Part shown: positions 23,904-37,679 of the stretch, piece by piece
Position numbering within the stretch: the first letter of the stretch is position 1
Layout of the letters: every line of letters begins with the position of its first letter
NCBI RefSeq assembly: GCF_023055435.1
Contig: NW_025963779.1
Coordinates: 76,694,001 to 76,758,000 of the forward strand
Source of the DNA: Haliotis rufescens
Taxonomy: Eukaryota
Length of the DNA stretch: 64,000 bases
Reading direction: 5' to 3'
Position numbers and translations under genes: made by a program
Notes under the pieces: generated by a model
The model's database searches: none
Told to the model about the DNA's origin: nothing
What the model saw: only the letters and a program-made list of their open reading frames with translations

Positions 23904-25254
23904 GAGGATAGCCACTGTTTTAGAATGGTTACATTGCTTAGCACCTTATGGTTCCATGTGAAACGAATTTTGGTTTTATTTGAGAAATTTGAGATGTTCT
24001 AGATGTCAATCATCAATGTATATTTCAGTATAAGAGCAGTGTCAGTTCGGAAACAATATCTAATATCTTGCTTCGACTGTCCTGGTTTAACACATTGTAA
24101 AATGAAAGAGAATGTGTGCTCCATTTTTATTGGTTTAAAAGAGATATCATCCCCGGAAATATTTAAGCCATTACTCTGTGTATGTATACTTGGCTTTACA
24201 AGTATATTTGGCAATCACACATTCTGTGACACATAAAACGTTCAGTTAAGAAACTCCTTTGTATTTGTTAAAGTGGCTTTTTGAACCTTTTTTTGTGTTA
24301 CTGGCAGATTATAGCTTTACATCATTCTATTCATTAGGAAATTTGCCAGATGTGAGGATTTCATTAAATAGAGTTACATGTATGGATGAGATATATCCTT
24401 TGAACTTTTTTATGTGTTCTCAGTGTATTTCGTAGTTTTCAAATCTCGTATAGGAGTATTGTGACAAATAAAATGATTGAGATAAAATTATGTAAATATG
24501 TCGCATTTTCAACACCCAGAGTGCAGTTCAGCTGCATCTGAATAAAGCATGTTATACCATATTGACGTAAAAACACGTTTGTTTCACCTAAATAACGCTC
24601 ACGCAATGTCACGGATTGGTGAAAATCGACGTTTACGCCCAGTGGATATGTCGCAAATAGGAATGGTGCAAAACGAAGTTACCATACGTTATGATTTTCA
24701 TTGAAACACAATATCATCTCTTTTAAGACGTTATCTGCAAAAGAGCGACGCTCATGTTTGTTTGTTTGTTGTTTAACGCCGCACTCAGCAATATTCAAGC
24801 TATATATGACGGCGCTCCGTAAAAATTCGAGTCTGGACAATCCGTTGAGTGACATCGTGAGCATCGATCAAAGTTAGTCTCCTCTTACGACAAGCATGGG
24901 TTACTGAAGACCAATTCTAACCAAGAACTTCACTGGGGCTCACATGTACTAGTCAAATAAGACGTCTGGCATGAAAGAATTGTCAATCAGTTGGGAGTAA
25001 AATGATTCATATACCATGTCCTGTTTCAGCTATGTGACGGCGGTCGATAAATAATCGAGTCTGGATCAGACAATCTAGTGATTGACATCATGAGCATCGA
25101 TACACGCAATTGAGATGCGATTGACATGCCTCAACAAAGTCAGCGAGCCTGACCACCTGATCCCGTTAGCCGCCTCTTACGACAAGCATAGTCGCCTTTT
25201 ACGGCAAGCATGGGTTGCTGAAGACCTTGTGTACCCCGGATCTTCACAGGTCGG

Positions 25255-25915
25255 CAACACTCATGACTTGCCACAGGCCGGTCATCCACATGTGACGTCA
25301 CGTCAAAAAGACAATTATATTCGGTTGGTGCATCTACGGAATCGACACCAAGCTGCCACAACTCGTACCATCCAAGGGTTGAGACGAATTAGTGGCTGAA
25401 CCGTACGCAGCCGGTTGAGGGAACATAACATCTGGCCCCGACATTGAGCTGAACGCCCAATTTTGCTTCCGCATCACCGTCAGGCACGCCTAGCTTGGTG
25501 TAAACATCATCTGAGGTTCAGAAGACAAGAATGGACCAATATTCTGTTCACAGACGAAGCAGGTTTCACCTGGACAGCGTCCAGGATAACATTTTAGCGA
25601 CGTTCGCGTTGCTAAAATTCGTCAGTTTGGGGGTGGAAGTGTAATGGTATGGGGTGGCATCACAACACATGGGAGAACACAACTCATCATTGAATGCCGT
25701 ACGCTACCGGGGCGACATTGTTTAACATGATGTTCTACCCTTTGTGCAAATATATATTCAATAAATGTTTCTGAGTTGTTTCAGTGTATATCGTACTTAT
25801 TTAATCCCTTGTGAAACGTCCATGGAGGTTTACGAGTACGTGACACGATAATTCATGCATTGTAAATTTATTGAAAGTGTTACTTTTCGTTTAACGATAC
25901 TTTGTAACATGCATG
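25255..25915 (+). mobile_element. Decayed Tc1-like fragment (unit-B copy)
   Basis: Paralogous to 17378-17935. Confidence 0.7.
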
Positions 25916-26189
25916 GAGTCTGTTTAAGAAAGACATCAAATGCATCTGCTCCATCTGACAGCCCAACATGAAAAGTTTGTGGTTGTTCCCACTGTCAAGG
26001 AACATAAAGGAACATAAAGGAACATAATATCAATAGGACTGTCGTCATCGTTTCCCGGATCTCAATGCGTATGTCAATCACTGGATTGTCTGGTCCAGAC
26101 TCGCCCGGCACCATATATCTAAGATATTGCCTTAAACAGCGTTAACCAACGTTAAACAGCTTGAAACAGCGTTAAACAGCAAACAAACA

Positions 26190-27200
26190 ATTTTCTTGAC
26201 GTTTCACATTCTCCAAGAACCATGTTAAATTATGTCGAAATGTTTGATTTTTCAACTTTGTATATCACTGTCCCACACGGCAAACTTAACGAAAAACTTA
26301 ATTCCATTTTCTATGAACGTTGTGACCATGAATATATTTATACGGCGATATTTTGCCTCCTAGTTGTGTATTAAATAAAATAGCTGGTTTTGCAAATGTA
26401 GTTAAAAAACATCTTGTCTCTCAGGCACGCACGCACGCACAATATCAATTTGTCGGTCCCTTAAACCTCTGTCGTCAAATGTTCAGGACAATTTGTCAAA
26501 AAAAGAAAGTATATGTCATCTGAAGTTGAATGAAAAAACAATATGTGAAATGCTTGACTTCCTCATTGATGAAACAGCTGTGTGAAATTTGGGGATAAGA
26601 CATAATGGGCACCAATTGTGATCCCCTCCTTAATGATCTATTTCGTAATAATGCATATGGATCGGAATGTCTAAATCAGTTCAGATTGGCAAACTCAAAA
26701 CAAGGGAGTTTAACTTAAGCTCCAGGTATATGGATGATTTGATATCGTTCAATAACCGCCTAGTTGCCAATTCCTTCCACTGATTTACAAACCTGAACTA
26801 GAAATAAAAGAGACCAGTGTAAATTTCATCTGCTTCATATTTATATTTAGGCAAAAAGATTCAGTTAGTGACAACAACTATTCACAAGACAAGGGGTATG
26901 ACAAGAGGGATGACTTCAATTTCCTTTTATGTCGAGCAATGTTCCTGCAGCTCCACAACTTTGTAGGTACAGGAGAGCATATTCTTGCTACGAATATATC
27001 AAAGAGCGTCATACGACTCCTGATCAAAACTTGTTTGACCAGGGTTGCAACATGCAAGGCCTTGGCGTGTCCTTGACGTGGATGTCTTTTCAAAATTTGA
27101 CACATCAGAAACAAAAAAGAAGTGTGATGAAATTCCTTATTTTAACTTGTACCATATGTTCCCGTGTTTTTTCAAATGAACAATTGACTTGCCTTTGCAT
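26190..27200 (+). mobile_element. Decayed Penelope-like RT fragment (unit-B copy, longer)
   Basis: YMDD, YDKRDDFNF and SSNVPAAPQLCRYRRAYS motifs. Confidence 0.7.
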
Positions 27201-29011
27201 GTGTGTGTGCCTGATGCCAACTGTGAGGCAGAATACGCTGACCTTTTCGCGAACAGCTGTATCATCACTATTTGATCATAACCACATGCTTCTGATATGG
27301 TCGGAATCGTACACTGGGCTCTGGTTTTACCAGATTTCCTTTGATTATGCAAATGGTTTTGTCACTTTTATCAAGATACCTTGAATTCTAATGTTTCTCG
27401 TCGACATTTCGTTATAATCATGACAGTAGTGATAGGACATGTCGGCACTTGATTCGGAGACAGGCTGTATCCGCGAAGCAGCAGAACCTATGCAGTGTTA
27501 CCACCACGCTTGCATAGTCACGTTACAGAAACCGAGGTCAACTCCTGGGTATCCCGCACACAGCATATGCAACGTCATGTTTTTCATTGACAAGAAACCG
27601 TCAGACAACGTTTCCAATTACTTTGTAAGGAAAAAGACAGCCACGAAATCATGTCATCACTGACTCACGTCTTTTTGTGACATTTGTATGGCTTGGTATT
27701 TGGAGGTGTTCCGACCTCATACCTTTGATCAGGAGAAGCACACGTTAAGTCACTGTCATGTCAGATTTGTTAGTTTATTTGTTTGTTTTTTAACGCTGCA
27801 TTCTGCAATATTCCGGCCATTCCAGGTCGGTCTGTAAATAAGCAAATCTGAATCTGACAAACCAGTGATTGCGTTCATTCAACCAATTTCAGCCATATGA
27901 GGTCGGTCTGTAAACCAAGTCTGCACCTGACAATCCAGTGATTGACATAATTATTCACCGCAGTTGGGATACGATGACATGCATCAACCAAGTCAGCGAG
28001 TCTGATCACCCGATCCTGTTAGTCACCTCTTACGAATCGATTTCTGAAGACCAATTCTAGTCCGATCCCGTTAATCGACTCTTACGACAAGCATGGGTTG
28101 GTGAAAAACAATTATTCTAACTCGGATCTTTACATTTCGTCCTGTGAGTACAAGACCGGGGTAAAATGTCCAGGTAAAAACAGTTCACGCAACTGTGAAT
28201 TTCCAGTATTGAAACATGCAGATTTAGAGGTATGTTTAAATAATGCGTGAATGAATGTAAACNNNNNNNNNNNNNNNNNNNNNNNNNNNNNNNNNNNNNN
28301 NNNNNNNNNNNNNNNNNNNNNNNNNNNNNNNNNNNNNNNNNNNNNNNNNNNNNNNNNNNNNNNNNNNNNNNNNNNNNNNNNNNNNNNNNNNNNNNNNNNN
28401 NNNNNNNNNNNNNNNNNNNNNNNNNNNNNNNNNNNNNNNNNNNNNNNNNNNNNNNNNNNNNNNNNNNNNNNNNNNNNNNNNNNNNNNNNNNNNNNNNNNN
28501 NNNNNNNNNNNNNNNNNNNNNNNNNNNNNNNNNNNNNNNNNNNNNNNNNNNNNNNNNNNNNNNNNNNNNNNNNNNNNNNNNNNNNNNNNNNNNNNNNNNN
28601 NNNNNNNNNNNNNNNNNNNNNNNNNNNNNNNNNNNNNNNNNNNNNNNNNNNNNNNNNNNNNNNNNNNNNNNNNNNNNNNNNNNNNNNNNNNNNNNNNNNN
28701 NNNNNNNNNNNNNNNNNNNNNNNNNNNNNNNNNNNNNNNNNNNNNNNNNNNNNNNNNNNNNNNNNNNNNNNNNNNNNNNNNNNNNNNNNNNNNNNNNNNN
28801 NNNNNNNNNNNNNNNNNNNNNNNNNNNNNNNNNNNNNNNNNNNNNNNNNNNNNNNNNNNNNNNNNNNNNNNNNNNNNNNNNNNNNNNNNNNNNNNNNNNN
28901 NNNNNNNNNNNNNNNNNNNNNNNNNNNNNNNNNNNNNNNNNNNNNNNNNNNNNNNNNNNNNNNNNNNNNNNNNNNNNNNNNNNNNNNNNNNNNNNNNNNN
29001 NNNNNNNNNNN

Positions 29012-29263
29012 CTTTTAACAGTATTCCAGTTATATCGCGGCGTGTCAGCTTAATGTGGGAGGAAAGCACGAAGTGATGCAGGTCACAGACGTTTACCACT
29101 TCGGTGAAACCCACGAGCACGGGTATGGTGCTGACAAACCTAGAAACATAATTGGGGCGAACCGGGATTCGAACCCACAATCATAGATTTCTGGCGTGCC
29201 CAAGGGACGCAACTCTGCACAGCGAATCGCGGCGCCTTAGACGACTGGGCCACCCGTGCCCCC
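29012..29263 (-). mobile_element. SINE family 1 (tail in the N gap), inside an inverted 55-bp minisatellite
   Basis: Reverse complement of family 1; minisatellite units lie before the gap (28234-28262) and after the SINE (29265-29490). Confidence 0.85.
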
Positions 29264-30237
29264 TTTAAAATGTGTGAAGTGAATGTAAATACGTTGATGT
29301 AGAGGTCGATATATGTTTTAAATCATAGGTGAAGTGAATGTAAACACGTGGATCTAGAGGTCGATGTATGTTTTAAATAATGCGTGTATTGGATGTAAAC
29401 ACGTGGATGTAGAGGTCGATGTATGTATTAAATAATGCGTGTAGTGGATGTAAATACGTGAATGTAGAGGTCGATGTATGTTTTAAATAATGCTTGAAGT
29501 GGATGTTAGCACATCGGCTGTCGGCTTGCCTTAAGCACCGTACGTGACATGCAGTATAATGTAAAGTTGTTTTGCTTCGTCGGGATGAGTTCTTTTGCTC
29601 CAAATGTCGGGCAAAGTCGAACAAAGGAAAGAGGACGCCAACTAGACATTCAGTCATTATTCAGACCAGCAACCGCTGCAATTCGACTCAATTACAGACA
29701 AAAGCTTTCACTGCTTCTCTGTTGACGGAGAACCTTGAACGTTGACATTGGAGCATTTGCTGAACTGGATAAGGGTCTTTTTCAGTAGTTTCCCAAACAT
29801 ATATCTGTGATTTGTGGACAAACAGCTTGGTGTGCAGTGAATAATCGAGTACTATGCTTCCTACAGAATTTCAAATTGAGTCATGAATCCATTTCTATGC
29901 AATCGTCAGTATCAGTGATGTGTTTGTGAGGTAGGGAGCACTGCCGTCAACTGCAAAGGAAGATGTCCTAAAACTAACTTGCTAGCTATCATCAGTTTTT
30001 TGCAGGACACATTATTTGCACATATTAAATGTAAATATTTGCTACATTACGGCATGATATGAAGCAGGGATACGAAAATGAAACAAGTCGTAGGCGTTTA
30101 CCACTTTGGTGAAACAATCAAACGGGTATGGAGCTGAAACAGATCCTAGGGAAGAATCCTGGATCCCTCATATCCAGGCACAGATAAGGGACACTGTTGA
30201 CATGATTAGCAACCTGTCTGAGTCAGTTTACCGACCT

Positions 30238-30402
30238 GAGGCGGTCGGGTAGCCTAGTGGTTAAAGCGTTCGCTCGTCACGCCGAAGACCCGGGTTCGAT
30301 TCCCGACATGGGTACAATGTGTGAAGCCCATTTCTGGTGTCCCCCGCCATGATATTGCTCGAATATTGCTAAAAGCGGCGTAAAACCATACTCACTCACT
30401 CA
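30238..30402 (+). mobile_element. tRNA-derived SINE family 2 (about 165 bp)
   Basis: A box TAGCCTAGTGG and B box GGTTCGATTCC; (CACT)n tail; TSD CAGTTT(A/C)CCGACCTGA. Confidence 0.9.
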
Positions 30403-30424
30403 GTTTCCCGACCTGATCATACTA

Positions 30425-30599
30425 CAGTAAACTACGGTTATAACGAACACGCTTATAACGAACTAACGGATATAACGAACTAACTTTTTAGTCCCGACTG
30501 TATGCTGTAGTTATGCTATATATATGCTTATAACGAACTACTGTTATAACGAACTAAAATTAGTAGTCCCTTTGAGTTCGTTATAACCGTAGTTTACTG
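30425..30599. mobile_element. Tc1/mariner-pogo-type MITE, inverted relative to 278-452
   Basis: Same TIRs and TA flanks. Confidence 0.85.
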
Positions 30600-31846
30600 T
30601 ATTGCCTTGGTGCTCCACTCCCATGTATTGTCTCTGAATGACTTCTACTGTTACTAAGCACCACATCCACCTCTTACATTACAAGGTAATGCATAGCTCC
30701 TTTCTGCATGTATTTAACCCAAATACAATGCGTTTGAGCTCATATCACCAGAGATATCAGGTATAAACCACTGTGACCATTATGTGAACTGCTCCTGATC
30801 ATGACTTCATTCTGTCCCTTATAGGTTTCCATATTCTAACGGCCCTTTGACTGACAACCGACCCCGTTCTGTACAAGCCAGGCGAGTAGCTGAACCAATT
30901 GGCATTGTGCAATCTGCCTGCTGTCGTATTCCCAGCTGACATTTGAAAAAGGGTTAAAAAATGCAAGCCAGAGTCGGGGAGAGCTGTCAGCTTAGAATTA
31001 GGTCACATTCACTTCTGTTGCAAACATGCTTGCAGCCCCTGATCCAATTTGCTCACGCTGGAAAGAAAAGTCACACACTGCACATTTAATTTAGGCAATC
31101 CCCATTTTAACCTCATTCGCTAGCATAAAGATATCGTTCGCGCTGTGTCAACACTGAGCAAGGGTAAGTTCGTGACAAGGGTTATCAAGGGCGGATCCAG
31201 CATTTATAAACGGGAGGGGTCCAGATATCAAAGTCCTCTCTCAATTTTACTGCCTGCAACATGCTACACACGCACATCAAATTCAAATGTTAGGTTCCTG
31301 CTGATGATCAGGTGTCTTTATCATTCTGGCGGCTCTACAATTTAGTGAGATTGCAATAATGAATTATGTGTATGAAGCATGTGTTGGAGGTTTGGTGTTT
31401 TCAGAACAAGATAAACCACGCAAGTTATTTATATGCTGTGGATATCTTCTAAGGCATAAATATTTAATAATGAGTCACAAAATGATATAGTGTATGTATA
31501 CCTATTGGCAATAGCCTTATAAATTGTTGTCTTCAGTAGCCAGAGTATTCCCAACTCGTCTGTATGGCCAAGCGTCTTCTCGACATAAAATGTGATAATT
31601 TCACAAAGTTTATCGTCTGCCTGCCCCAACTGCTGTACACGATATCCCCACAACGGTGTCATTCGTGTTGTTGGTGGTGCTGGGGTGGCTATTAAGTGCA
31701 CCAATATGGTTTATAGTTTCCGTGCAGCTGGTGAATCGGATACAAATAAGGCAAGCTTATTTGCAATGTTACATTTGTTTAGAAAGTGTTTTACAACAGT
31801 TTGAAAAACAGTTTTCCCCCTTAAAGGTCACTCTTCTAATACAGTT

Positions 31847-32012
31847 GGGGGCGGTCGGGTAGCCTAGTGGTTAAAGCGTTCGCTCGTCACGCCGAAGACC
31901 CGAGTTCGATTCCCGACATGGGTACAATGTGTGAAGCCCATTTCTGGTGTCCCCCGCCGTGATATTGCTGGAATATTGCTAAAAGCGGCGTAAAACCATA
32001 CTCACTCACTCT
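31847..32012 (+). mobile_element. SINE family 2
   Basis: Near-identical to 30238-30402. Confidence 0.9.
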
Positions 32013-32944
32013 AATACTCTGATACCTTGCAGCGTTTTCTTTTTGCGGCCACAGGTTTAGGACAAATGTAACATGTGGCGGTACAGGAATGTTTCTTCCA
32101 ATGTATTTGGTCCAGGCCCTCCTCACAATACGTCTATGGTTACACATTCAAAGCCTCAGCCTTGATTTCAAAAGGTTTTGTGGTAGACATATAGAAGAGA
32201 TTTGACGCATCGGTAGTAAAAATTGTGTCCGGTGCAATTTCTTATTTTGACTTGTGCCATATATTCCTCAGCAGGTGTCACATTGATTTTATGAATATCG
32301 TTTTCAAGCACATGTTCGCAGGCAAAATATATTTTACACCCGTTTCCTATAGTTCATAGATAGTGTGTAAGAGACATAAAATTGTTGATCAAAGTTGTTT
32401 CAGATTTGTTCTACGGCTTTTGAGAGAGATGAAAAGTAATCGGTCAGATTTGGTTATGTTGTACACACTCAGGGTCGGTCATGAAGGGGTGTTCAGTTTG
32501 CTTGCTGCACGTGGTCTTTCCCTCAAACGTTGTCTTCAAACTCATTGTATACCGCCAAGCTATTGTTTCACTATAAGATATCCCGAACCTTTCTTTTTTT
32601 TTTGGTATTGCTTAGATTTAGACGGTTTATAAAACACTTCAGTTATAGCAGACGTAACACGTATTCTATATAATGCGTGAATCTTGCAGGTGCATTGCGT
32701 GCTAAAACTCCAAACTTGCACAATTATATGGTGACTGCTGTATACATTTTGACACAAATAATATACCTTAATATATAAACGAGAGGCACTGATAACAAGA
32801 AATGCGGAGTGTGAAACATATGTAACATTACTTCCATGTATCCATTTATAAATTGTATTCGCGAACACCTGGTATCATCATTATTTGATAGGGATACAAA
32901 AGCAAGCACATGCTTATGGCATAGTAGGAATCAGGCACTTGACA

Positions 32945-33320
32945 CCACGTGTTTATATTCATTACACGCATTATTTAATACATACATCGACCTCTACATC
33001 CACGTGTTTACATCCACTACACGCATTATATAATACATACATCGACCTCTAATCCACGTGTTTACATCCACTACACGCATGATTTAATACATACATCGAC
33101 CTCTAAATCCGCGTGTTTACATCCACTACACCCATTATTTAATACATACATCGACCTCTACATCCACGTGTTTACATCCACTGCACGCATTATCTAATAT
33201 ATACATCGACCTCTAGATCCACGTGTTTACATCCACTGCACGCATTATTTAATACATACATCGACCTCTAAATCCACGTGTTTACAATCGCTACTCGCAT
33301 ATTTAAAACATATATCGACG
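32945..33320. repeat. 54-55-bp minisatellite
   Basis: Unit ACATACATCGACCTCTACATCCACGTGTTTACATCCACTACACGCATTATTTAAT. Confidence 0.9.
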
Positions 33321-33820
33321 TCTAAATCTGCATGTTTCAATACTGGAAATTCACAGTTGCGTGAACTGTTTTTACCTGGACATGTTACCCCGGTCTTGTA
33401 CTCACAGGACGAAATGTGAAGATTCGGGTGAGAATATGTTTTTCACCAACCCATGCTTGTCGTAAGAGTCGATTACTGGGATCGGACTAGCATTGGTCTT
33501 CAGAAATCGATTTGTAAGAGGCGACTAACGGGATCGGGTGATCAGGCTCGCTGACTTGCATGTCATCGTACCAACTGCGGTGAATAATTATGCCAATCAC
33601 TGGATTGTCAGGTGCAGACTTGGTTTACAGACCGACCTCATATGGCTGAAATTGGTTGAATGAACATACAACAAATAAAAGGATATATTGCAGAATGCGG
33701 CTTTAAAAAAACAAAAAACAAAATTACAAATCTGACATGATTATATTACATTACCACCAAGACACTCATGTCAAGGTGACGTTGTCCCAATAGTTGACTG
33801 ACAAGAAGACGGCACAGTAA

Positions 33821-34300
33821 CAATCTCATTAAAATCAGACCTCAGTTCTCGCTACCGCTAAACAAAGATCTGAGGACATCCCATTAGGGGTCACGTCTAA
33901 ACGACCTTTCATCCGACCAATCAGAGCATCGCTTACCAGATTATGAAAGTGACAGTCGGAATGTGATTTCTAATCATGCAACCTCGAAGACTTTAACCCG
34001 GAATGATAGTTACGGGTTTAACGACTGAATCCATACAATCTAGACCATCTGTTAGCCATTCCAGAATGTTCTTTTGTTCAGGTTTCAAATTTGTTATCGA
34101 GAATTTGCCATAATATGTTTCGAAGCGTGGTCGCCAATTTGAAATTAGTGCCGTAAAGCACGAGAAAGCTTCCTTCTGATTGGTCATTCCATTGGTCGGT
34201 CCAAGTTGGCGCAAGGTCGGTCTGACGTGACCCGTAATGGGATGTCCTCAGATCTTTGTTTAGCTGTAGCGAGAACTAATATCTGATTTTAATGAGATTG
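33821..34300. mobile_element. Non-autonomous DNA transposon with about 85-bp TIRs and a 9-bp TSD (AcademH- or Mutator-like)
   Basis: CAATCTCATTAAAATCAGA...TCTGATTTTAATGAGATTG; TSD GCACAGTAA/GCACAGTTA; internal - strand FSITNLKPEQKNILEWL resembles a RecQ-type Q-motif. Confidence 0.75.
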
Positions 34301-34496
34301 GCACAGTTACAACACTCATTGTTGTTAGGTGTTTGTCATAAATAGAATAGATAAGTATCGGTACTTCGCAGTTAAGAGCAGACGGCACCCATTCAGATAT
34401 ACACTAGACTGTGCTGGTATGTGTTTGATAAAAGCCATCCTCAACAGGTCCTCCCAAATAAGCATCACTCACACTAACAATGACACCCAAAATGTA

Positions 34497-34779
34497 TCAG
34501 TGAGTGAGTGAGTTGGGTTTAACGCCGCTTTTAACAGTATTCCAGTTATATCGCGGCGTGTCAGCTTAATGTGGGAGGGAAGCCCCAAGTGGTGCAGGTC
34601 TTAGACGTTTCCCATTTCGGTGAAACCCACGAGCACGGGTATGGTGTTGACAAACCTAGAAACATAATCGGGGCGAACCGAGATTCGAACCCACAATCAT
34701 AGGTTTCTGGCGTGCCTAAGGGACGCAACTCTGCACAGCGAATCGTGGCGCCTTAGACGACTGGGCCGTCCGTGTCCCC
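34497..34779 (-). mobile_element. SINE family 1
   Basis: TSD CCCAAAATGTATCAG; the same insertion is in X' (47662-47944). Confidence 0.9.
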
Positions 34780-35564
34780 CAAAATGTATCAGCATGTATC
34801 CGAATTTCTATCAGTTTTGTGGACAAACATTGTCTCAAACTCTGCAAACACCAATGGACATGCCCTGCTCCACAACCCGAACAATGATTGAAGTGTGCGC
34901 AACATTAGACTACAGTATTCCACCGTGGATTCTCAGGCCTCACTCTAATGGAGTCAGGAAGGAATCATCAAAATTGGAGATTTCTTCTGGCTTAAATATG
35001 TAACGAAATATTTCTAAGACATCACTAATTGATCGATGACTTAAGGAAATATTCTTTTGTCTGAAACATTTATGGTGGTAACAAATACACCTTTTTGATG
35101 TGATGGTTTCAATAAACACCGACCGCTTACACTTTTTGTAACAAGAGTCCAACATAGGACATCCGTGAGAAGGACTGAACAATGATAGTCAATCTGTCCA
35201 TGAAACGAGGAAACGAGCACCACCCTCATTTTCAGTTTAAGTCCAACTTGTCATGAAAACATAAAAAAAACAAAAAAAAACAACCAAGTATTTGTCACAA
35301 ATTGACGAAATGTCCCCCGCCTGTATATATACCATAGTACCAAATATGTAGACAATCCAGCGATTAGTTCTTGAGATATTGCGGCAACACCGTTTTCCAA
35401 CTCCAAAAGCAGATTTGCCTGCTGTGACCTTGAAAATGGGGTCAAGGTCACCAAAACCGACTGGTGTCTGCGGTGTCTGTATATACACCATAGTATCATA
35501 TATGAAGATAATCCAGCAATTAGTTCTTGAGATATTGCGGCAACAGTTTTCCAACTCCAAAAGC

Positions 35565-36640
35565 AGATGTATTTACATTCACTTCACGCATTACCTAAAC
35601 ATACATCGACCTCTACATCCACGTGTTTACATTCACTTCACGTATTTTTATAAACATACATCGATCTCTACATCCACGTGTTTACATTCACTTCACGCAT
35701 TATTTAAAACATACATCGACCTCTAAATCCCAGTGTTTACATCAACTACACGCATCATTTAAACATACATCGACCTCCACATCCACGTATTTACATTCAC
35801 TTCACCAATGATTTAAAACATACATCGACCTCTAAATCCACGTGTTTACATCAGCTACACGCATTATTTAAAACATACATCGACCTGTACATCCATGTGT
35901 TTACATTCACTTCACGCATTTCTTAAACATACATCGACCTCCACATCAACGTGTTTACATTCACTTCACGCATTTTGTAAAAAATACATCGACCTCTACA
36001 TCCACATGTTTACATCAACTACACGCATTATTTAAAACATCCATCGACCTCTTAATCCACGTGTTAACATCAAGTACATGTATTATTCAAACATACATCG
36101 ACCTCTACATCCACGTGTTTACATCCACTTCACGCATTATTTAAAACATACATCGACCTCTACATCAACGTATTTATATTCACTTCACGCATTATTTAAA
36201 ACATACATCGACCACTAAATCCACGTAATTACATTCACTTCACGTATTACCTAAACATACATCGACCTCTACATCCACGTGTTAACATTCACTTCACGCA
36301 TGATTTAAAACATACATCGACATGTTCATCAACGTATTTACATTCACTTCACGCATTTTTTAAACAAAAATCGACCTGTACATCCACGTGTTTACATTCA
36401 CTTCACGCATTTTTTAAACATACATCGACCTCTACATCCACGTGTTTACATTCACTTCACGCATTATCTAATCATACATCGACCTCTACATTCACGTGTT
36501 AACATCCACTACATGTATTATTTAAACATACATTGACCTCTACATCCACGTGTTTACATTCACCTTACGCATTATTTAAAACATACATCGACCTCTAAAT
36601 CCACGTGTTTACATTCATTCACGCATTATTTAAACATACC
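35565..36640. repeat. 54-55-bp minisatellite, about 20 copies
   Basis: Unit ACATACATCGACCTCTACATCCACGTGTTTACATTCACTTCACGCATTATTTAAA. Confidence 0.95.
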
Positions 36641-37679
36641 TCTAAATCTGCATGTTTCAATACTGGAAATTCACAGTTGCGTGAACTGTTTTTACCTGGA
36701 CATTTTACCCCGGTCTTGTACTCACATGACGAAATGTAAAGATCCGAGTTAGAATAATTGTTTTTCACCAACCCATGCTTGTCGTAAGAGTCGATTAACG
36801 GGATCGGACTAGAATTGGTCTTCAGAAATTGATTCGTAAGAGGTGACTAACAGGGTCGGGTGATCAGACTCGCTGACTTGGTTGATGCATGTCATCGTAT
36901 CCCAACTGCGGTGAATAATTATGTCAATCACTGGATTGTCAGGTGCAGACTTGGTTTACAGACCGACCTCATATGGCTGAAATTGGTTGAATGAACGCAA
37001 TCACTGGTTTGTCAGATTCAGATTTGCTTATTTACAGACCGACCTGGAATGGCCGGAATATTGCAGAATGCAGCGTTAAAAAACAAACAAATAAACTAAC
37101 AAATCTGACATGACAGTGACTTAACGTGTGCTTCTCCTGATCAAAGGTATGAGGTCGGAACACCTCCAAATACCAAGCCATACAAATGTCACAAAAAGAC
37201 GTGAGTCAGTGATGACATGATTTCTTGGCTGTCTTATTCCTTACAAATTAATTGGAAACGTTGTCTGACGGTTTCTTGTCAATGAAAAACATGACGTTGC
37301 ATATGCTGTGTGCGGGATACCCAGGAGTTGACCTCGGTTTCTGTAACGTGACTATGCAAGCGTGGTGGTAACACTGCATAGGTTCTGCTGCTTCGCGGAT
37401 ACAGCCTGTCTCCGAATCAAGTGCCGACATGTCCTATCACTACTGTCATGATTATAACGAAATGTCGACGAGAAACATTAGAATTCAAGGTATCTTGATA
37501 AAAGTGACAAAACCATTTGCATAATCAAAGGAAATCTGGTAAAACCAGAGCCCAGTGTACGATTCCGACCATATCAGAAGCATGTGGTTATGATCAAATA
37601 GTGATGATACAGCTGTTCGCGAAAAGGTCAGCGTATTGTGCCTCACAGTTGGCATCCGGCACACACACATGCAAAGGCA

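Larger units (their letters stand above)
32140..35275 (+). repeat. Segmental duplicate block X (direct copy X' at 44893-48440)
   Basis: Colinear unique sequence, 55-bp minisatellite, family 4 SINE, long-TIR element and family 1 SINE are all shared with 44893-48440. Confidence 0.9.

Noticed and set aside
28236-29180. Long ORFs across N runs (also 8128-8431, 40572-41042, 49910-50128)
   Set aside because: Artefacts of assembly gaps.
30238-30312. tRNA genes (A/B boxes here and at 18341, 31847, 55975-56047)
   Set aside because: Each is fused to a SINE body with a microsatellite tail, often with a TSD; these are tRNA-derived heads, not tRNA genes.
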